A stretch of 61,562 bases of DNA from a virus (lineage: Duplodnaviria; Caudoviricetes): IMG/VR virus record IMGVR_UViG_3300008119_000566, positions 1 through 61,562 of that record, one strand, 5' to 3'. Each line of letters opens with the position of its first letter. Within the stretch, counting starts at the first letter, position 1. The notes below the pieces were generated by a model, which was given only the letters and a program-made list of their open reading frames with translations, was not told the DNA's origin and did not search any database. Of this stretch, positions 27,745 through 37,439 are shown in pieces. A program made the translations under genes and the position numbers.

Positions 27745-29364
27745 TTAACAAATTGATCGGTACGTGTAAGTAAATTTGGCTTGATCGCCAATAGTAGAAT
27801 TTTTATAGTTCAATTGGATTGTATCATTTACTGAGTCTGAGTCTGCATCTTCAAGTACCGCTTCAATTTGTAAATTAAGTTCAGCTCCAGTGGTACCAGT
27901 GTAATCAAAATCGTCTGATAACTGTACAGTACCGTTGCCGCCGTCAACTGCCAAATTAATTTTGCCTGAACGCATTTGAGAATGAGTTGTACTTTGATAA
28001 ACGTAGTTGATTTCATAACCAATCGCATTGCCTATTGGCAATCTGCAAAGCGGAATGAATGTAGCAGTTTGAACTAATGTTTCCTGTCTAGTAAAAAAAT
28101 TGAAAAACATTGTTTTACCAAGCACTTCCCCAACGTATGCATCAGTTGCAGTCATACTACCAAGTTCACTTGATCTATCAAATATGTCGTGTACACTTAC
28201 GTTTGACAAGCTGTCAAATTCTATATGACCATATACTGCTTGAGAATTGCCACTGCCGTCGTTACCAACATTGACAAATCTATTTGCTGTACTGATGTTG
28301 CCAGTACCATTTGCAACTTTAATTCCCTGTCTTAAAATATCTTCAAATGTACAATCTGATATACTGTTATTGCGTGGACCGTATTGTTGTCCAATACTAG
28401 TTAAGTTTGTGCCAACACCGTAACTAACCCCAGTGTATAATGTATCAAATCCGCAACTGTGACAGTCATTACCAATAATGTCTTGTTTTGAATACACACC
28501 ATAACTAACTGATTTAATTGATACCCTAGAAAATACGTTATCCTTACACGTGACTGCTGCGCTGAGGGCATTCATATAAATGCCCACACTATTGGCTTCA
28601 ACTGGATCAGTTAATTCCCAAATGCCAGTAATTCCAATATCCTCAAACACGCTGTTTCTTACTGCGTTTAATTTTAAACCTGTTGTATTAGCTTGAGTAA
28701 GTAACAATGTAAATCCTCTAAACAAAACATGTTTAGGTTGATTGTTAAAAGTTGAACTACCAATTACACTTGGTGAACCAATTGTAGACGTATCGTTAAT
28801 AAACTCAAACGCTGAGCCAGTGCCTGTGTAGTTGAACACTGTTCGTCCTTGGCCAGCGCCAACAATACTTGTGTAGCTAGGAACATAAATTGTTTCATCA
28901 AAAGTAAAAATTCCAGGACCAAATTCTAAAACATAACGACCTTGATACAAACCAACACTTGCTGGGTTTAAATAAAGTTGATATATTGCACGTTGTATTG
29001 CCAATGTGTCATCAGCCGTGCCGTCTCCGCCAATGGCTCCAAATTCAGCAGCACTCACTCTCTCATCTAATCGATCTTGAACACTACGTAGTATTGGATA
29101 ATTACTGTCGTCACCAGTTTGAACAGTTGTATCAGTTCTCTTGTACTGGTACTGTTCAAACAGTTCTAAGATGTTATCATTAGTAGTAAGAATCTTACTG
29201 TTACCAACGAACGGCGCACCCTCTGCAACGCTGCCGTTACCAATGAACAGTTCTTGTGTATCAACTGCCCAGGCAAGTTCGCCTGAAGCTAATTGTGGTA
29301 GTCCGCTACCAGTGTTCTTTTGTCCTCTGCGGACTTGAATACGTGAAATTTGAACGACAGCCAT
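27745..29364 (-). CDS. Virion structural/tail protein with beta-helix (pectin-lyase-like) domain
   Basis: MAVVQISRIQVRRG...LASGELAWA.D..ELFIG; FGAIGGDGTADDT.AIQRAI. Confidence 0.7.
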   Translation of the reverse strand: MAVVQISRIQVRRGQKNTGSGLPQLASGELAWAVDTQELFIGNGSVAEGAPFVGNSKILTTNDNILELFEQYQYKRTDTTVQTGDDSNYPILRSVQDRLDERVSAAEFGAIGGDGTADDTLAIQRAIYQLYLNPASVGLYQGRYVLEFGPGIFTFDETIYVPSYTSIVGAGQGRTVFNYTGTGSAFEFINDTSTIGSPSVIGSSTFNNQPKHVLFRGFTLLLTQANTTGLKLNAVRNSVFEDIGITGIWELTDPVEANSVGIYMNALSAAVTCKDNVFSRVSIKSVSYGVYSKQDIIGNDCHSCGFDTLYTGVSYGVGTNLTSIGQQYGPRNNSISDCTFEDILRQGIKVANGTGNISTANRFVNVGNDGSGNSQAVYGHIEFDSLSNVSVHDIFDRSSELGSMTATDAYVGEVLGKTMFFNFFTRQETLVQTATFIPLCRLPIGNAIGYEINYVYQSTTHSQMRSGKINLAVDGGNGTVQLSDDFDYTGTTGAELNLQIEAVLEDADSDSVNDTIQLNYKNSTIGDQAKFTYTYRSIC

Positions 29365-29387
29365 GAAAATATCCTCTTATGTGATAT

Positions 29388-30107
29388 TTAGCTGTTTTCT
29401 CGGTAGTACTGTTCTACACGGTCGTACCATTTAGTGGACCAGTAGTCAAAATCTTTGGGTTCTAGAATAAATTCCTGATATTGCGGTTCCGCCCATGCTC
29501 CAGGTGAAATCTCATCAGGTTTAACGCACATTAGAATAACACCTTTGCGAATATTAGTGCCGTGTACTTCGTTATGGGCGCAAGCGTAGGCTGTTAGCTG
29601 AATAAAGTAATCATCAATGTATTCACGCTTCTTAGGCTTGTTAGTTTGTTTAAAGTCTAGGATACTTTCATCGCCGGCATGTATGCCCACGCAGTCAGTA
29701 GTTCCCGCATATAATCCAGGAAAATATAACGGAACTTCACTTCCCCATACTTCTTCAATTAACGGGAAACCTTGTTCAATTACCTTCTTGGCCATTACTA
29801 GGCTTTGCTGTGCGTAAGGGTTACTTACACTTTCACGTAACACATCTCCTTTGATATAGTTCTCTAAGAACGTGTGCATACGTGTGCCTCGATTGGCAGC
29901 TTCTGTAGTGATTTCAGTCGCACGTTTGTCGCCAACTGACTTGCGCCAATTAGCTAATGCTATACGTGATTCTGCGGGTTTTGTTTTATCTAGGACAGTT
30001 GTAACGCTGGGTACTTTGTGTCCATCTGGACAAGCGTATAAACGCTTGCCAGTGCTTTCATCTCGTGATAAAGGAGTATAAACGAATTTTTGTTTTAAAA
30101 GAGTCAT
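29388..30107 (-). CDS. PD-(D/E)XK exonuclease
   Basis: PSVTTVL, RGTRMH, YAGTTD, ILDFKQ, QLTAYA. Confidence 0.85.
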   Translation of the reverse strand: MTLLKQKFVYTPLSRDESTGKRLYACPDGHKVPSVTTVLDKTKPAESRIALANWRKSVGDKRATEITTEAANRGTRMHTFLENYIKGDVLRESVSNPYAQQSLVMAKKVIEQGFPLIEEVWGSEVPLYFPGLYAGTTDCVGIHAGDESILDFKQTNKPKKREYIDDYFIQLTAYACAHNEVHGTNIRKGVILMCVKPDEISPGAWAEPQYQEFILEPKDFDYWSTKWYDRVEQYYRENS

Positions 30108-30112
30108 GTGCC

Positions 30113-30141
30113 ATTATACTACAACTATTTGGTAATGTCAA
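30113..30141 (-). promoter_or_regulatory. Sigma70 consensus promoter for a leaderless transcript
   Basis: TTGACA-17-TATAAT, 5 nt before ATG. Confidence 0.8.
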
Positions 30142-30458
30142 CCGGCTCTTTTTGCCGTTGCTCGTTTGGCCATTTGTCCAACGCTGTTGTCAGTGCCTCC
30201 ACGAGTTTGGTCAGATTCAGCCTCTTGTGTGTTCAATTTGACACCTTCAGGACCAAAGCTACAAAGTTCTTTAAATTGAGGATTTGCATCGTAGTAAATG
30301 CCAAATGTGTTTGGATTATCAATGCGTTGACCGATTACGTTTTCAGTCTCGTTGCCGAGTGCTTGCCAACTAATGGTCTCTGGATTTTCTTCGCTGTCAG
30401 CGGCATTTTTCTTTGCCGCTAACAGGTCGAATAAAGGATCTCTACTTTCTTTAATTAC
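30138..30458 (-). CDS. Start-less 106-aa frame, probable -1 frameshift extension of the upstream gene
   Basis: Open frame VIKESRDPLF...MAKRATAKRAG beginning exactly at the A_AAA_AAG slippery site. Confidence 0.6.
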   Translation of the reverse strand, partial: VIKESRDPLFDLLAAKKNAADSEENPETISWQALGNETENVIGQRIDNPNTFGIYYDANPQFKELCSFGPEGVKLNTQEAESDQTRGGTDNSVGQMAKRATAKRAG

Positions 30459-31381
30459 TTTTTTTTTGAAAGCATTTGTGCTAGTCTGCGGCTATATTGC
30501 ACAGACTCACGCATTTCTCTGCCTGCTGCTTCTGCTGGAATTTCAGCTTCAGCTTCGCCTTCTGCTGGAGGAAGTGCTTCAGCTCCTGGAGCGGCTCCCA
30601 TTGTTGTTGGTGGCTCACTACCTGTTAGGATACTCACTGCCTTTGCTAGGTTTTGACGGTTAGTCTCTAATACTGTGTAAATTTCATCTAGTGCTGGGCG
30701 GACGGCTTGTTCAAATGACCCGCTAATGTCAGAACCCATTTCGTCTCTTATAGAGTCTAATAAATCTAGCATAGCTTCAGATTTCATAGCTGCCACATCT
30801 TCTAACCAACCTGTGATGCGGTCAACCATGTCTTTGGAAGCCATAATTAATTCGGCTTTTTCTTCTTCGCCTTCAGTGATTAACAATGTTTGGATTAGTG
30901 CGTTAGCTGTGCCTTCATCTAAATCGTAACGTACGATTAGTTCGCTTTTGATATCATCTGCATCTTCTTCAATCATCAAACGTGAACGTGCTTGTTGCGT
31001 CCAAGTTGATGGGATAGAAAACTGTCTAGTGAAATGATTTAATGCAATCATTGCTTCGTTATATTCTTTCAAGTTCTTTGCCTTTTTCTTCTTTGGCTTC
31101 TCATCTACTTTATCTTCGTCTTCGATCTCAACACGTTCTGCAATCTCTTGATTGATTACGTCCAAGAACATTTTGTTCTTATGGTACTTGTGATCCGTAT
31201 GAACCGCGTCGTAGCTTTCGTTTGTTTCAAACTGGTGTTGAGCTGTACGTAGTTTATTACGTGCATCTTCTAGCTGCTCCATAGTGAACTTGTTCAAGTC
31301 CAACCTGTAGCCAAACTTCTGTGCTAGGCTCTCGTTTAATCTCTTGCTACTTACTGGTTTTGAAAAATCTGTTATCTGCAT
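30455..31381 (-). CDS. Acidic helical protein, possible prohead core/scaffold component
   Basis: E/D-rich helical ORF with L/I-x-E motifs; TAAATA promoter. Confidence 0.55.
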   Translation of the reverse strand: MQITDFSKPVSSKRLNESLAQKFGYRLDLNKFTMEQLEDARNKLRTAQHQFETNESYDAVHTDHKYHKNKMFLDVINQEIAERVEIEDEDKVDEKPKKKKAKNLKEYNEAMIALNHFTRQFSIPSTWTQQARSRLMIEEDADDIKSELIVRYDLDEGTANALIQTLLITEGEEEKAELIMASKDMVDRITGWLEDVAAMKSEAMLDLLDSIRDEMGSDISGSFEQAVRPALDEIYTVLETNRQNLAKAVSILTGSEPPTTMGAAPGAEALPPAEGEAEAEIPAEAAGREMRESVQYSRRLAQMLSKKK

Positions 31382-31407
31382 GATGGCTTCCTAACTATTG
31401 TAATTAT

Positions 31408-31848
31408 TTATCTGAATACGTTTTTAAACGAACTGGAAATCTTGTCCTTGTAGAACTTGGTTTTCTCAGTGGTTATTTCGTAGCGCCAAAGAAACGTATC
31501 TCTGCGCACTGGATCTGTGGTTTTATTGTAAAAATATCTAAAATAAGTAGCATCTGTCTCGTTTGCAGAGTACTTCCTATCTAAATCTTTGATTTCCATT
31601 AGCTGCTGAATCCTAGTAGTTTCGTGGAATTTTGCGGATATCAGCGCACATACTTTTAAGTTGAATGTGTCAACTATTGATGGCCCGCTTGGATACTTTT
31701 TTAACAAGTCCCATCCGTTATTTTTATTAGGCCTAACTATGTAGTCATGATAGCCCACGGCCTTGTTGGGCAACAGAGTAAACGGTAACTTGTCTTTGAA
31801 GTCTTCGTAAAATGATTCTAGTTGTCTTGCTGATTTTTTAATATTCAT
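31408..31848 (-). CDS. Hypothetical protein
   Basis: ORF coupled to neighbouring genes. Confidence 0.7.
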   Translation of the reverse strand: MNIKKSARQLESFYEDFKDKLPFTLLPNKAVGYHDYIVRPNKNNGWDLLKKYPSGPSIVDTFNLKVCALISAKFHETTRIQQLMEIKDLDRKYSANETDATYFRYFYNKTTDPVRRDTFLWRYEITTEKTKFYKDKISSSFKNVFR

Positions 31849-32038
31849 TTGCTACTACACTTGGGTCTTCGTGCCCTATCTTAATTAACAAACTTTTACG
31901 AATCATTGTTTCTGCAATAACACGTTCACGTTCTGTTAACGCTGCCATCTTTACGGGACGGCTAACTTTAGATAAGAAGTCCTGCTCCTCATTTGTAGTG
32001 TATATAGCAAAGTCACCAATGAGTTCGTTTATTTTCAT
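31838..32038 (-). CDS. Hypothetical protein
   Basis: MKINELIG N-terminus; coupled ORF. Confidence 0.7.
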   Translation of the reverse strand: MKINELIGDFAIYTTNEEQDFLSKVSRPVKMAALTERERVIAETMIRKSLLIKIGHEDPSVVANEY

Positions 32039-32655
32039 AGACCAGCTAACTTTCTAATATCAGCTATGGATTTGTTTGCTGACTTGCTGACTTTAGCATC
32101 AGTGCCAGCAACACGTTTGGCCAGTGCTGTAATATATGCTGACTCGTCCATTCTTGATGGTTGTGGCATTTCATCTTCTTCATCTGACATGCCTGAACCG
32201 TGGAACATGTCCGCTAGTTTATAAGCATAACTTTCAGAGTCTGAACTGTTGTCCATGCGATCTGCAACAAAGTTTAATGCTTTAATGAATACTGCTTTAT
32301 CGTCACTAGAGTCGTCATCGTACGGTGCATACTCACTGTTCATCCAGTCGTTGAACATATCTTCAATCTTATCGCCTGAACCTTCTGTAGTAGCTGTGTC
32401 AATGTGAATTTGTGCGCCTGGTTTGATCTCAGGCGCTTGTGATTGACCAGGTGCCGCTGCTTGTGTATCTGGAGTTGGGTCATAGGTCAAGTTGCCCTGT
32501 TCGTCAGGTTTAACTGCCATTGGATTCTTTTTAAGATCAACAGTGGTCATTGTGGATCCTTCTTGATCCGTAAAACTTAACGACTGTCCAGGTTTGTAGT
32601 CTTTAATAGTGGCTACTGAACCGCCTGCTTCGCCTAATATATCTTTAATTTTCAT
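32035..32655 (-). CDS. Hypothetical protein, possible virion component
   Basis: MKIKDILGE start; C-terminal IRKLAGL motif. Confidence 0.65.
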   Translation of the reverse strand: MKIKDILGEAGGSVATIKDYKPGQSLSFTDQEGSTMTTVDLKKNPMAVKPDEQGNLTYDPTPDTQAAAPGQSQAPEIKPGAQIHIDTATTEGSGDKIEDMFNDWMNSEYAPYDDDSSDDKAVFIKALNFVADRMDNSSDSESYAYKLADMFHGSGMSDEEDEMPQPSRMDESAYITALAKRVAGTDAKVSKSANKSIADIRKLAGL

Positions 32656-33355
32656 TGTTTGTCTCCAGGCTCAGTTTGTTTGCCTTTAGTATACTTATAT
32701 GTTCGCGTAGTCGGTCGATATATCCTTTGCTACGCAATACTTTAAATGTGATGTTTTCCACACTTAATTCGCCTTCCCGATCCAACCCTTGTTGGCGTAG
32801 ACGTTTGATATTTTCCATAACTTGTAGTGATGCTTGTAAATTATCACTACGCAATGCTGCTCGAATTGATCCCACAAAGTGTTTGTACTTTACTTTGACT
32901 TCAGCTCGATCCACTGTGTCTTCTTTACGCTCGGGGATTTTTAACCATTTATCATCAAGTACGCTGTACACACCTACGCTGTGATGAACTTGCTGTGCAT
33001 CTTGTACATACACTTCAGTGTGTATGCCTTTCAATTTGATGCTGTGTTGAAAGTTGTATTGATTTTTCTTTGCATCAAATAGTTGTTTCATTAAACGTTC
33101 ACGTTCTTTTGGAATGTTAACAACTAAATGTAAATCTAAGTCTGAATTACGGCTAAATGTGTATCCTGCATTACTGCCGCTGATTGTGATATCTTGTAAC
33201 CCTAATGGTTCAATGCCAATAAAGTCTATGAAATTCTGTGCTATTTCTAGTAGATGAAACCTAACATCTTTTTTTAGTTGCCCTTTAGACCACAACTTGG
33301 GGTTTAATCGTTTGTGGAATACAATGGCTGTGCTGACTAGATCTTCTTGTTGCAT
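32645..33355 (-). CDS. Pol-beta superfamily nucleotidyltransferase
   Basis: ISGSNAGY....SDLDLHLV and EVYVQD catalytic motifs. Confidence 0.75.
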   Translation of the reverse strand: MQQEDLVSTAIVFHKRLNPKLWSKGQLKKDVRFHLLEIAQNFIDFIGIEPLGLQDITISGSNAGYTFSRNSDLDLHLVVNIPKERERLMKQLFDAKKNQYNFQHSIKLKGIHTEVYVQDAQQVHHSVGVYSVLDDKWLKIPERKEDTVDRAEVKVKYKHFVGSIRAALRSDNLQASLQVMENIKRLRQQGLDREGELSVENITFKVLRSKGYIDRLREHISILKANKLSLETNNEN

Positions 33356-33371
33356 AGGTCATTATTTAATA

Positions 33372-33719
33372 TCAAAGACCAAAGAACTTTAAAACATGTG
33401 GAAAATTGATAGCGTTGATCCAGCCTGCGCCTGCGGCAAACGCTAGTCCAACCATGGCATACATGGTGTACTTGTTTTTAATCTTTTCTAAGTCACTAAT
33501 CTTAGCTGACATTTCTGCGTGTTGGTTGTTTGATGCGTCTGACATTTCACACAGCTTTTTATCTAGCATGTCACGAGTGTTGTCTAAACAGTCGTGCATT
33601 TCTTTGACATCAATTTTGATGTCGTCAAGTTTTTCTTCTATGTTGTCTACTTTGGTTTCAACTACAGCTACACGCTCTGGTAATGCTGCTATTTGTGCTA
33701 TTGCTTCTTTCGTGGCCAT
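33372..33719 (-). CDS. Coiled-coil protein with C-terminal TM helix (XhlA/holin-like architecture)
   Basis: Heptad-rich body plus a single C-terminal hydrophobic helix. Confidence 0.55.
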   Translation of the reverse strand: MATKEAIAQIAALPERVAVVETKVDNIEEKLDDIKIDVKEMHDCLDNTRDMLDKKLCEMSDASNNQHAEMSAKISDLEKIKNKYTMYAMVGLAFAAGAGWINAINFPHVLKFFGL

Positions 33720-33824
33720 CTTGGGCTCTCCAATGTTATAAGTCAGGGACTCGCTCCGAGTCATGTGCCTATTGTATGATTGAATGCCTAAGTGATTGTG
33801 TGAGTTAAATTGCCTACCAAGTAT

Positions 33825-34220
33825 TTATACTAACATTTCAAATACAATGTTTTTGCCTGGCATGAATACAGACAGTTCTGATGGGGTAGTTTCTGTTAAG
33901 TTTGGAATGTAGGGAACTAGCTTGAATAGCTGTTTTAAATAGCCCACGTGGTCAGTGCCATCTAAAAACAAAAACTCACGTTCGCAACGCCATTCAAAGA
34001 TCCATATACTGGCAAGCTCGTTGCCCTCTAAACCATATGTGCTAGGGACGTCTACAGTTACTTTTGGTGGACTATCATATGTAATGTTTGCCCTCATTCC
34101 AATGGTCTGAATCACAGTGTCAAAGTTCTGTTGCTGATTACGAGCCTGTCGCATTTCAGCAGTGTTTTGATACTGTCTAGTGTTTGTTATATCTACGAGG
34201 GAATACAGTCTATAATGCAT
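33825..34220 (-). CDS. Hypothetical protein
   Basis: ORF with TAAATA promoter. Confidence 0.7.
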   Translation of the reverse strand: MHYRLYSLVDITNTRQYQNTAEMRQARNQQQNFDTVIQTIGMRANITYDSPPKVTVDVPSTYGLEGNELASIWIFEWRCEREFLFLDGTDHVGYLKQLFKLVPYIPNLTETTPSELSVFMPGKNIVFEMLV

Positions 34221-34240
34221 AGACTATATTTAACAGTCGT

Positions 34241-34268
34241 AAAAAAGCCCCACTATAAAAGCGGGGCC
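34241..34268 (-). terminator. Intrinsic terminator
   Basis: GCCCCGC...GTGGGGC followed by TTTTT on the minus strand. Confidence 0.65.
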
Positions 34269-34287
34269 AACTTCCCATCCCTGAGAA

Positions 34288-34629
34288 TTAACTTACTACA
34301 ATAGCAGTACCTAGTGTAACTGTTGCACCAGTTGCATCATAAGCATTTGGTCCAATTGCGCCCAATGCACGGATACGTGCTTGTAATGAAGCCGCATCTA
34401 CTGCATGACCGTCAACGATAACGTGGATGATACCGTTTCCTGCTGATGGTACAGAGTACATTAAAGGCTGTACTTCACGGATGATCGCCTCTACAGCCTC
34501 ATCTGCACCATCATCTTCAGTTTGAAGATCGCCACCTGCATCAATAACGAATGCTTTTAATTGTGCAACTGAACGTAATGTACCAGTTGTGTATTGGCCA
34601 AAGCCATTTACTCTTGTTGTTGCTGACAT
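34288..34629 (-). CDS. Small probable structural protein
   Basis: A/G/T-rich; strong SD, late promoter and terminator. Confidence 0.55.
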   Translation of the reverse strand: MSATTRVNGFGQYTTGTLRSVAQLKAFVIDAGGDLQTEDDGADEAVEAIIREVQPLMYSVPSAGNGIIHVIVDGHAVDAASLQARIRALGAIGPNAYDATGATVTLGTAIVVS

Positions 34630-34751
34630 AATATTTTCTCCTCGATATGTCTTGTCCATTCTCTATGGACGGCTTGTAACCTAACAAGCCTTTGTAATAT
34701 TATTTATTCACTTTGGTAAAAAAGTGCTTATAAGGGGAGAAAATGGGGAGA

Positions 34752-35021
34752 TTAAATTGGATCTTTGCCGGGCTTTTTAGCTTCTTGTATGCGCTGTATA
34801 CCACGTTTGAACTTGCTACTGTCGCCCGCACGAATAGCATTTAAGAAACGGCGCTCTAGTTCTGAGGCGGTTTCAATGTCATAGTTCTCTCTAATAACTG
34901 TTAGCAAATTGACTGCGCTCTCAATGATGTTTGATCCCCGGCTCTCTATGATGAGATCCGTGTCGCGCTTGATTCCCAAATCGCTTAGTTCTTGTAAGAT
35001 ACTTCTTGTGCTTTTTCGCAT
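34752..35021 (-). CDS. Hypothetical protein
   Basis: Start at MRKSTRSILQEL after TAAATA. Confidence 0.7.
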   Translation of the reverse strand: MRKSTRSILQELSDLGIKRDTDLIIESRGSNIIESAVNLLTVIRENYDIETASELERRFLNAIRAGDSSKFKRGIQRIQEAKKPGKDPI

Positions 35022-35172
35022 AATATTATTTTTGTTATGTAATGTATTTATTGGATTGTAACACAACATACGACTAAACACAACCTTGACTTTTCGTGCA
35101 GTGCCGCATTTAATAGAATAAATACTCAGTAGAAACACTGATACGTTGCTACACACACTTACAGAGGAAAGT

Positions 35173-35349
35173 ATGAAAACTATATCAAACAAAATGTTAG
35201 CCATTCTGGAACGTCTATCCGAAATGTTTCCAGGATCTAACTATCAAAGCAGTTTAGACGCTTATCTAAGCACAAAAGGCATTACCGATGCCGCACAGTT
35301 GGAAAACTACATCCAGCAATTCAATTCTCAAAAGGAACATTATCTATGA
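35173..35349 (+). CDS. Small protein, DUF3563-like
   Basis: GAGGA SD; L..YL.....D...LE pattern. Confidence 0.5.
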   Translation: MKTISNKMLAILERLSEMFPGSNYQSSLDAYLSTKGITDAAQLENYIQQFNSQKEHYL

Positions 35350-35465
35350 AAACAATTTTAAACACCATCTGGTCATGGTTAGTAGCATTTGGCGAAGCAC
35401 GTTATGCCGCTAGTCTTGCACGTCAAGGCCGAGTAGCAGAAGCCAAAGCTGTATACGGATCTTAA
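35346..35465 (+). CDS. Small hypothetical protein (39 aa)
   Basis: Read manually: ATGA overlap; MKTILNTIWSWLVAFGEARYAASLARQG. Confidence 0.55.
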   Translation: MKTILNTIWSWLVAFGEARYAASLARQGRVAEAKAVYGS

Positions 35466-35476
35466 TAAATATTGGC

Positions 35477-36052
35477 ATGAACTTGGTGTATATACACGGG
35501 GCTAATGCCACCAGTGAAAGTTTCAATTATATTAAGAGTAAACTGGGCACTGGGCTAGACGTTAACTACGACAGTCGAAACGGGTTTGAAAATAACCTAA
35601 AAGACATGCAGGCAACATTGCAGAACTATAAGAACGTGGTGTTTGTTGCACATAGTTTGGGCGGTATATACGCATTACATTTGGCCAATGACATGCCCAC
35701 TGCGGTTAAAGGTGCTGTTACCTTAAGCACTCCATATGGTGGTGCAGAAGTAGCGGATTATGCTCAATACTTTTTGCCATTCAGTAGATTAATGCGTGAT
35801 ATTGGGCCCAGTAGTTGGGTAATGAAGCAGGCTAAACGCATTAAGATACAACATCCTTGGACTAATATAGTAACAGTTAAAGGGCAAAGTCCGTTCATGC
35901 ATGAGCCCAATGACGGTGTAGTTACTATTGCCAGTCAAAAGCACCATGAGGATATGGAACTAGTGGAAGTGGCATGTAACCACTACGAAGTTGTGCTCAG
36001 TGACCAAGTGGTTGAACTTATTAAAGAACGAGTGAACAAGTTTAAGAAATAG
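35477..36052 (+). CDS. Alpha/beta hydrolase (esterase/lipase-like)
   Basis: YIHG, AHSLGG nucleophile elbow, NDGVV, NHYEV. Confidence 0.85.
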   Translation: MNLVYIHGANATSESFNYIKSKLGTGLDVNYDSRNGFENNLKDMQATLQNYKNVVFVAHSLGGIYALHLANDMPTAVKGAVTLSTPYGGAEVADYAQYFLPFSRLMRDIGPSSWVMKQAKRIKIQHPWTNIVTVKGQSPFMHEPNDGVVTIASQKHHEDMELVEVACNHYEVVLSDQVVELIKERVNKFKK

Positions 36053-36149
36053 TTCATTCAGCTTTACAAACAGTTTGTAACACTGTATAATAAATACATG
36101 GGCAACAAGGTTGTTGCCAATACAGACATTAAACACACAGGAGATTATT

Positions 36150-36416
36150 ATGTCATTCGAACTACCAAAAACACCAGAAGTTAAATTCAGCAAGAACGGT
36201 TACGAGATCCGCACAGACGTGTTGGCCATGGCCAAGGACGCTGTTATGGAAGAATACCACTCAAAGTTCCGCGGTTGGGAAATGTCAGTTCAAAAAGATG
36301 AAAAGACTGGCCAAGTTGTTACCAGAGTAGATATGCCAGAGTTTCCAGGTCTAGATAAGATCATGGAAGCGGCTGAAAAGTTCTATGGGTTCGTAAATAC
36401 GGGCACAAAGAAGTAA
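36150..36416 (+). CDS. Hypothetical protein
   Basis: AGGAG SD; KNGYEIRTDVLAMAKD...AEKFYGFV. Confidence 0.75.
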   Translation: MSFELPKTPEVKFSKNGYEIRTDVLAMAKDAVMEEYHSKFRGWEMSVQKDEKTGQVVTRVDMPEFPGLDKIMEAAEKFYGFVNTGTKK

Positions 36417-36449
36417 GCATAGCTTAAAGTAGGTTGATACTATAAAAAC

Positions 36450-36473
36450 AAAAGGACTCTTAGGAGTCCTTTC
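36450..36473. terminator. Bidirectional terminator between convergent genes
   Basis: AAAGGACTC-TTAG-GAGTCCTTT. Confidence 0.75.
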
Positions 36474-36480
36474 TTATTGG

Positions 36481-37011
36481 TTATTTAATACCAATAGTCA
36501 TGTATCTAGTGTACGCAGTCTCGGGATCTTTTAAATCTTTTTCACCAGAGTACAACAGTTTAGTAAACTTGAACTCGTTTAAATCTTCATCACGAGTTTG
36601 CAGTGCTACTAAAGTGCCGTTGGGTATGTTATCAAACCATCCATCGTTCTTCATATCGTTGACACTGGTGTTGATAACAAGACTTGGGGCAGTTGCTTGT
36701 CTATAATCAAGGTCGTTGGCATCTTTGATCATGGGTTCTATCTTGTCGTCAATGCCTAACTTTTTGGCAAGTTTGTTACCAGTTGACAGTACTTTTCTAT
36801 TGATGTCAACGTTTATGATTCTATCAAATTTGATGTTGTTCTTGTTTATGAGGAACAAACTTAGATTGCCATACCAACTGCCCAATACATATATTGAGTT
36901 GAAATCTTTGTGTATCTTGGAGACTTCAGAAATCAACCAAGACTTACACGTTATTAGATCATCAGTAAAGCTGCCTGCTAGTGTGCTAGGGCTAAATTCA
37001 TAGATTCTCAT
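36481..37011 (-). CDS. SAM-dependent methyltransferase-like protein
   Basis: IYVLGSWYG, NVDIN, DAN, VINTS Rossmann motifs. Confidence 0.65.
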   Translation of the reverse strand: MRIYEFSPSTLAGSFTDDLITCKSWLISEVSKIHKDFNSIYVLGSWYGNLSLFLINKNNIKFDRIINVDINRKVLSTGNKLAKKLGIDDKIEPMIKDANDLDYRQATAPSLVINTSVNDMKNDGWFDNIPNGTLVALQTRDEDLNEFKFTKLLYSGEKDLKDPETAYTRYMTIGIK

Positions 37012-37439
37012 TAATCAGCAGATTTATTTTTGTCTTTTTCAGTGATTGGGCCACCAGTTACCCAAGCCTTGCAACTGCGTGAGCCAGCGCATTTGAAATG
37101 TAAAAAGTTGCAGTAACCAAGATCAGCCAAATTGATACTGGCATTGGCATCCACAGAAGACTCGTCGCCTTTGATACCTTTGCTGATACACTTTCTCATA
37201 CTGTCGCTGACATCAAATGCCGCACAATTGCCACACAACATTGTCTTAGCTGTTGCGGTAGTCACATTGAAAATCTTTGCACTCTTGTTCCAGTAATCTT
37301 CAGCCTTGTTGGGATTGGCAGGACCATAGTGATATTCATCTATGGCCTTCTGTCGATTTTTTAAATTGACATCTATGTTATGAGTTGCAGTAGGACAGCC
37401 TTGTTCAATAGCTTCCAGCAAGTTTATATAGTTTCTCAT
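37011..37439 (-). CDS. Cys-rich hypothetical protein
   Basis: CGNCAAF, GYC...FKCAGSRSC.AW. Confidence 0.65.
   Translation of the reverse strand: MRNYINLLEAIEQGCPTATHNIDVNLKNRQKAIDEYHYGPANPNKAEDYWNKSAKIFNVTTATAKTMLCGNCAAFDVSDSMRKCISKGIKGDESSVDANASINLADLGYCNFLHFKCAGSRSCKAWVTGGPITEKDKNKSAD

Noticed and set aside
30108-30663. Plus-strand ORFs 30108-30422 and 30352-30663
   Set aside because: Antisense shadows with implausible composition; the minus-strand -1 frame explains the region
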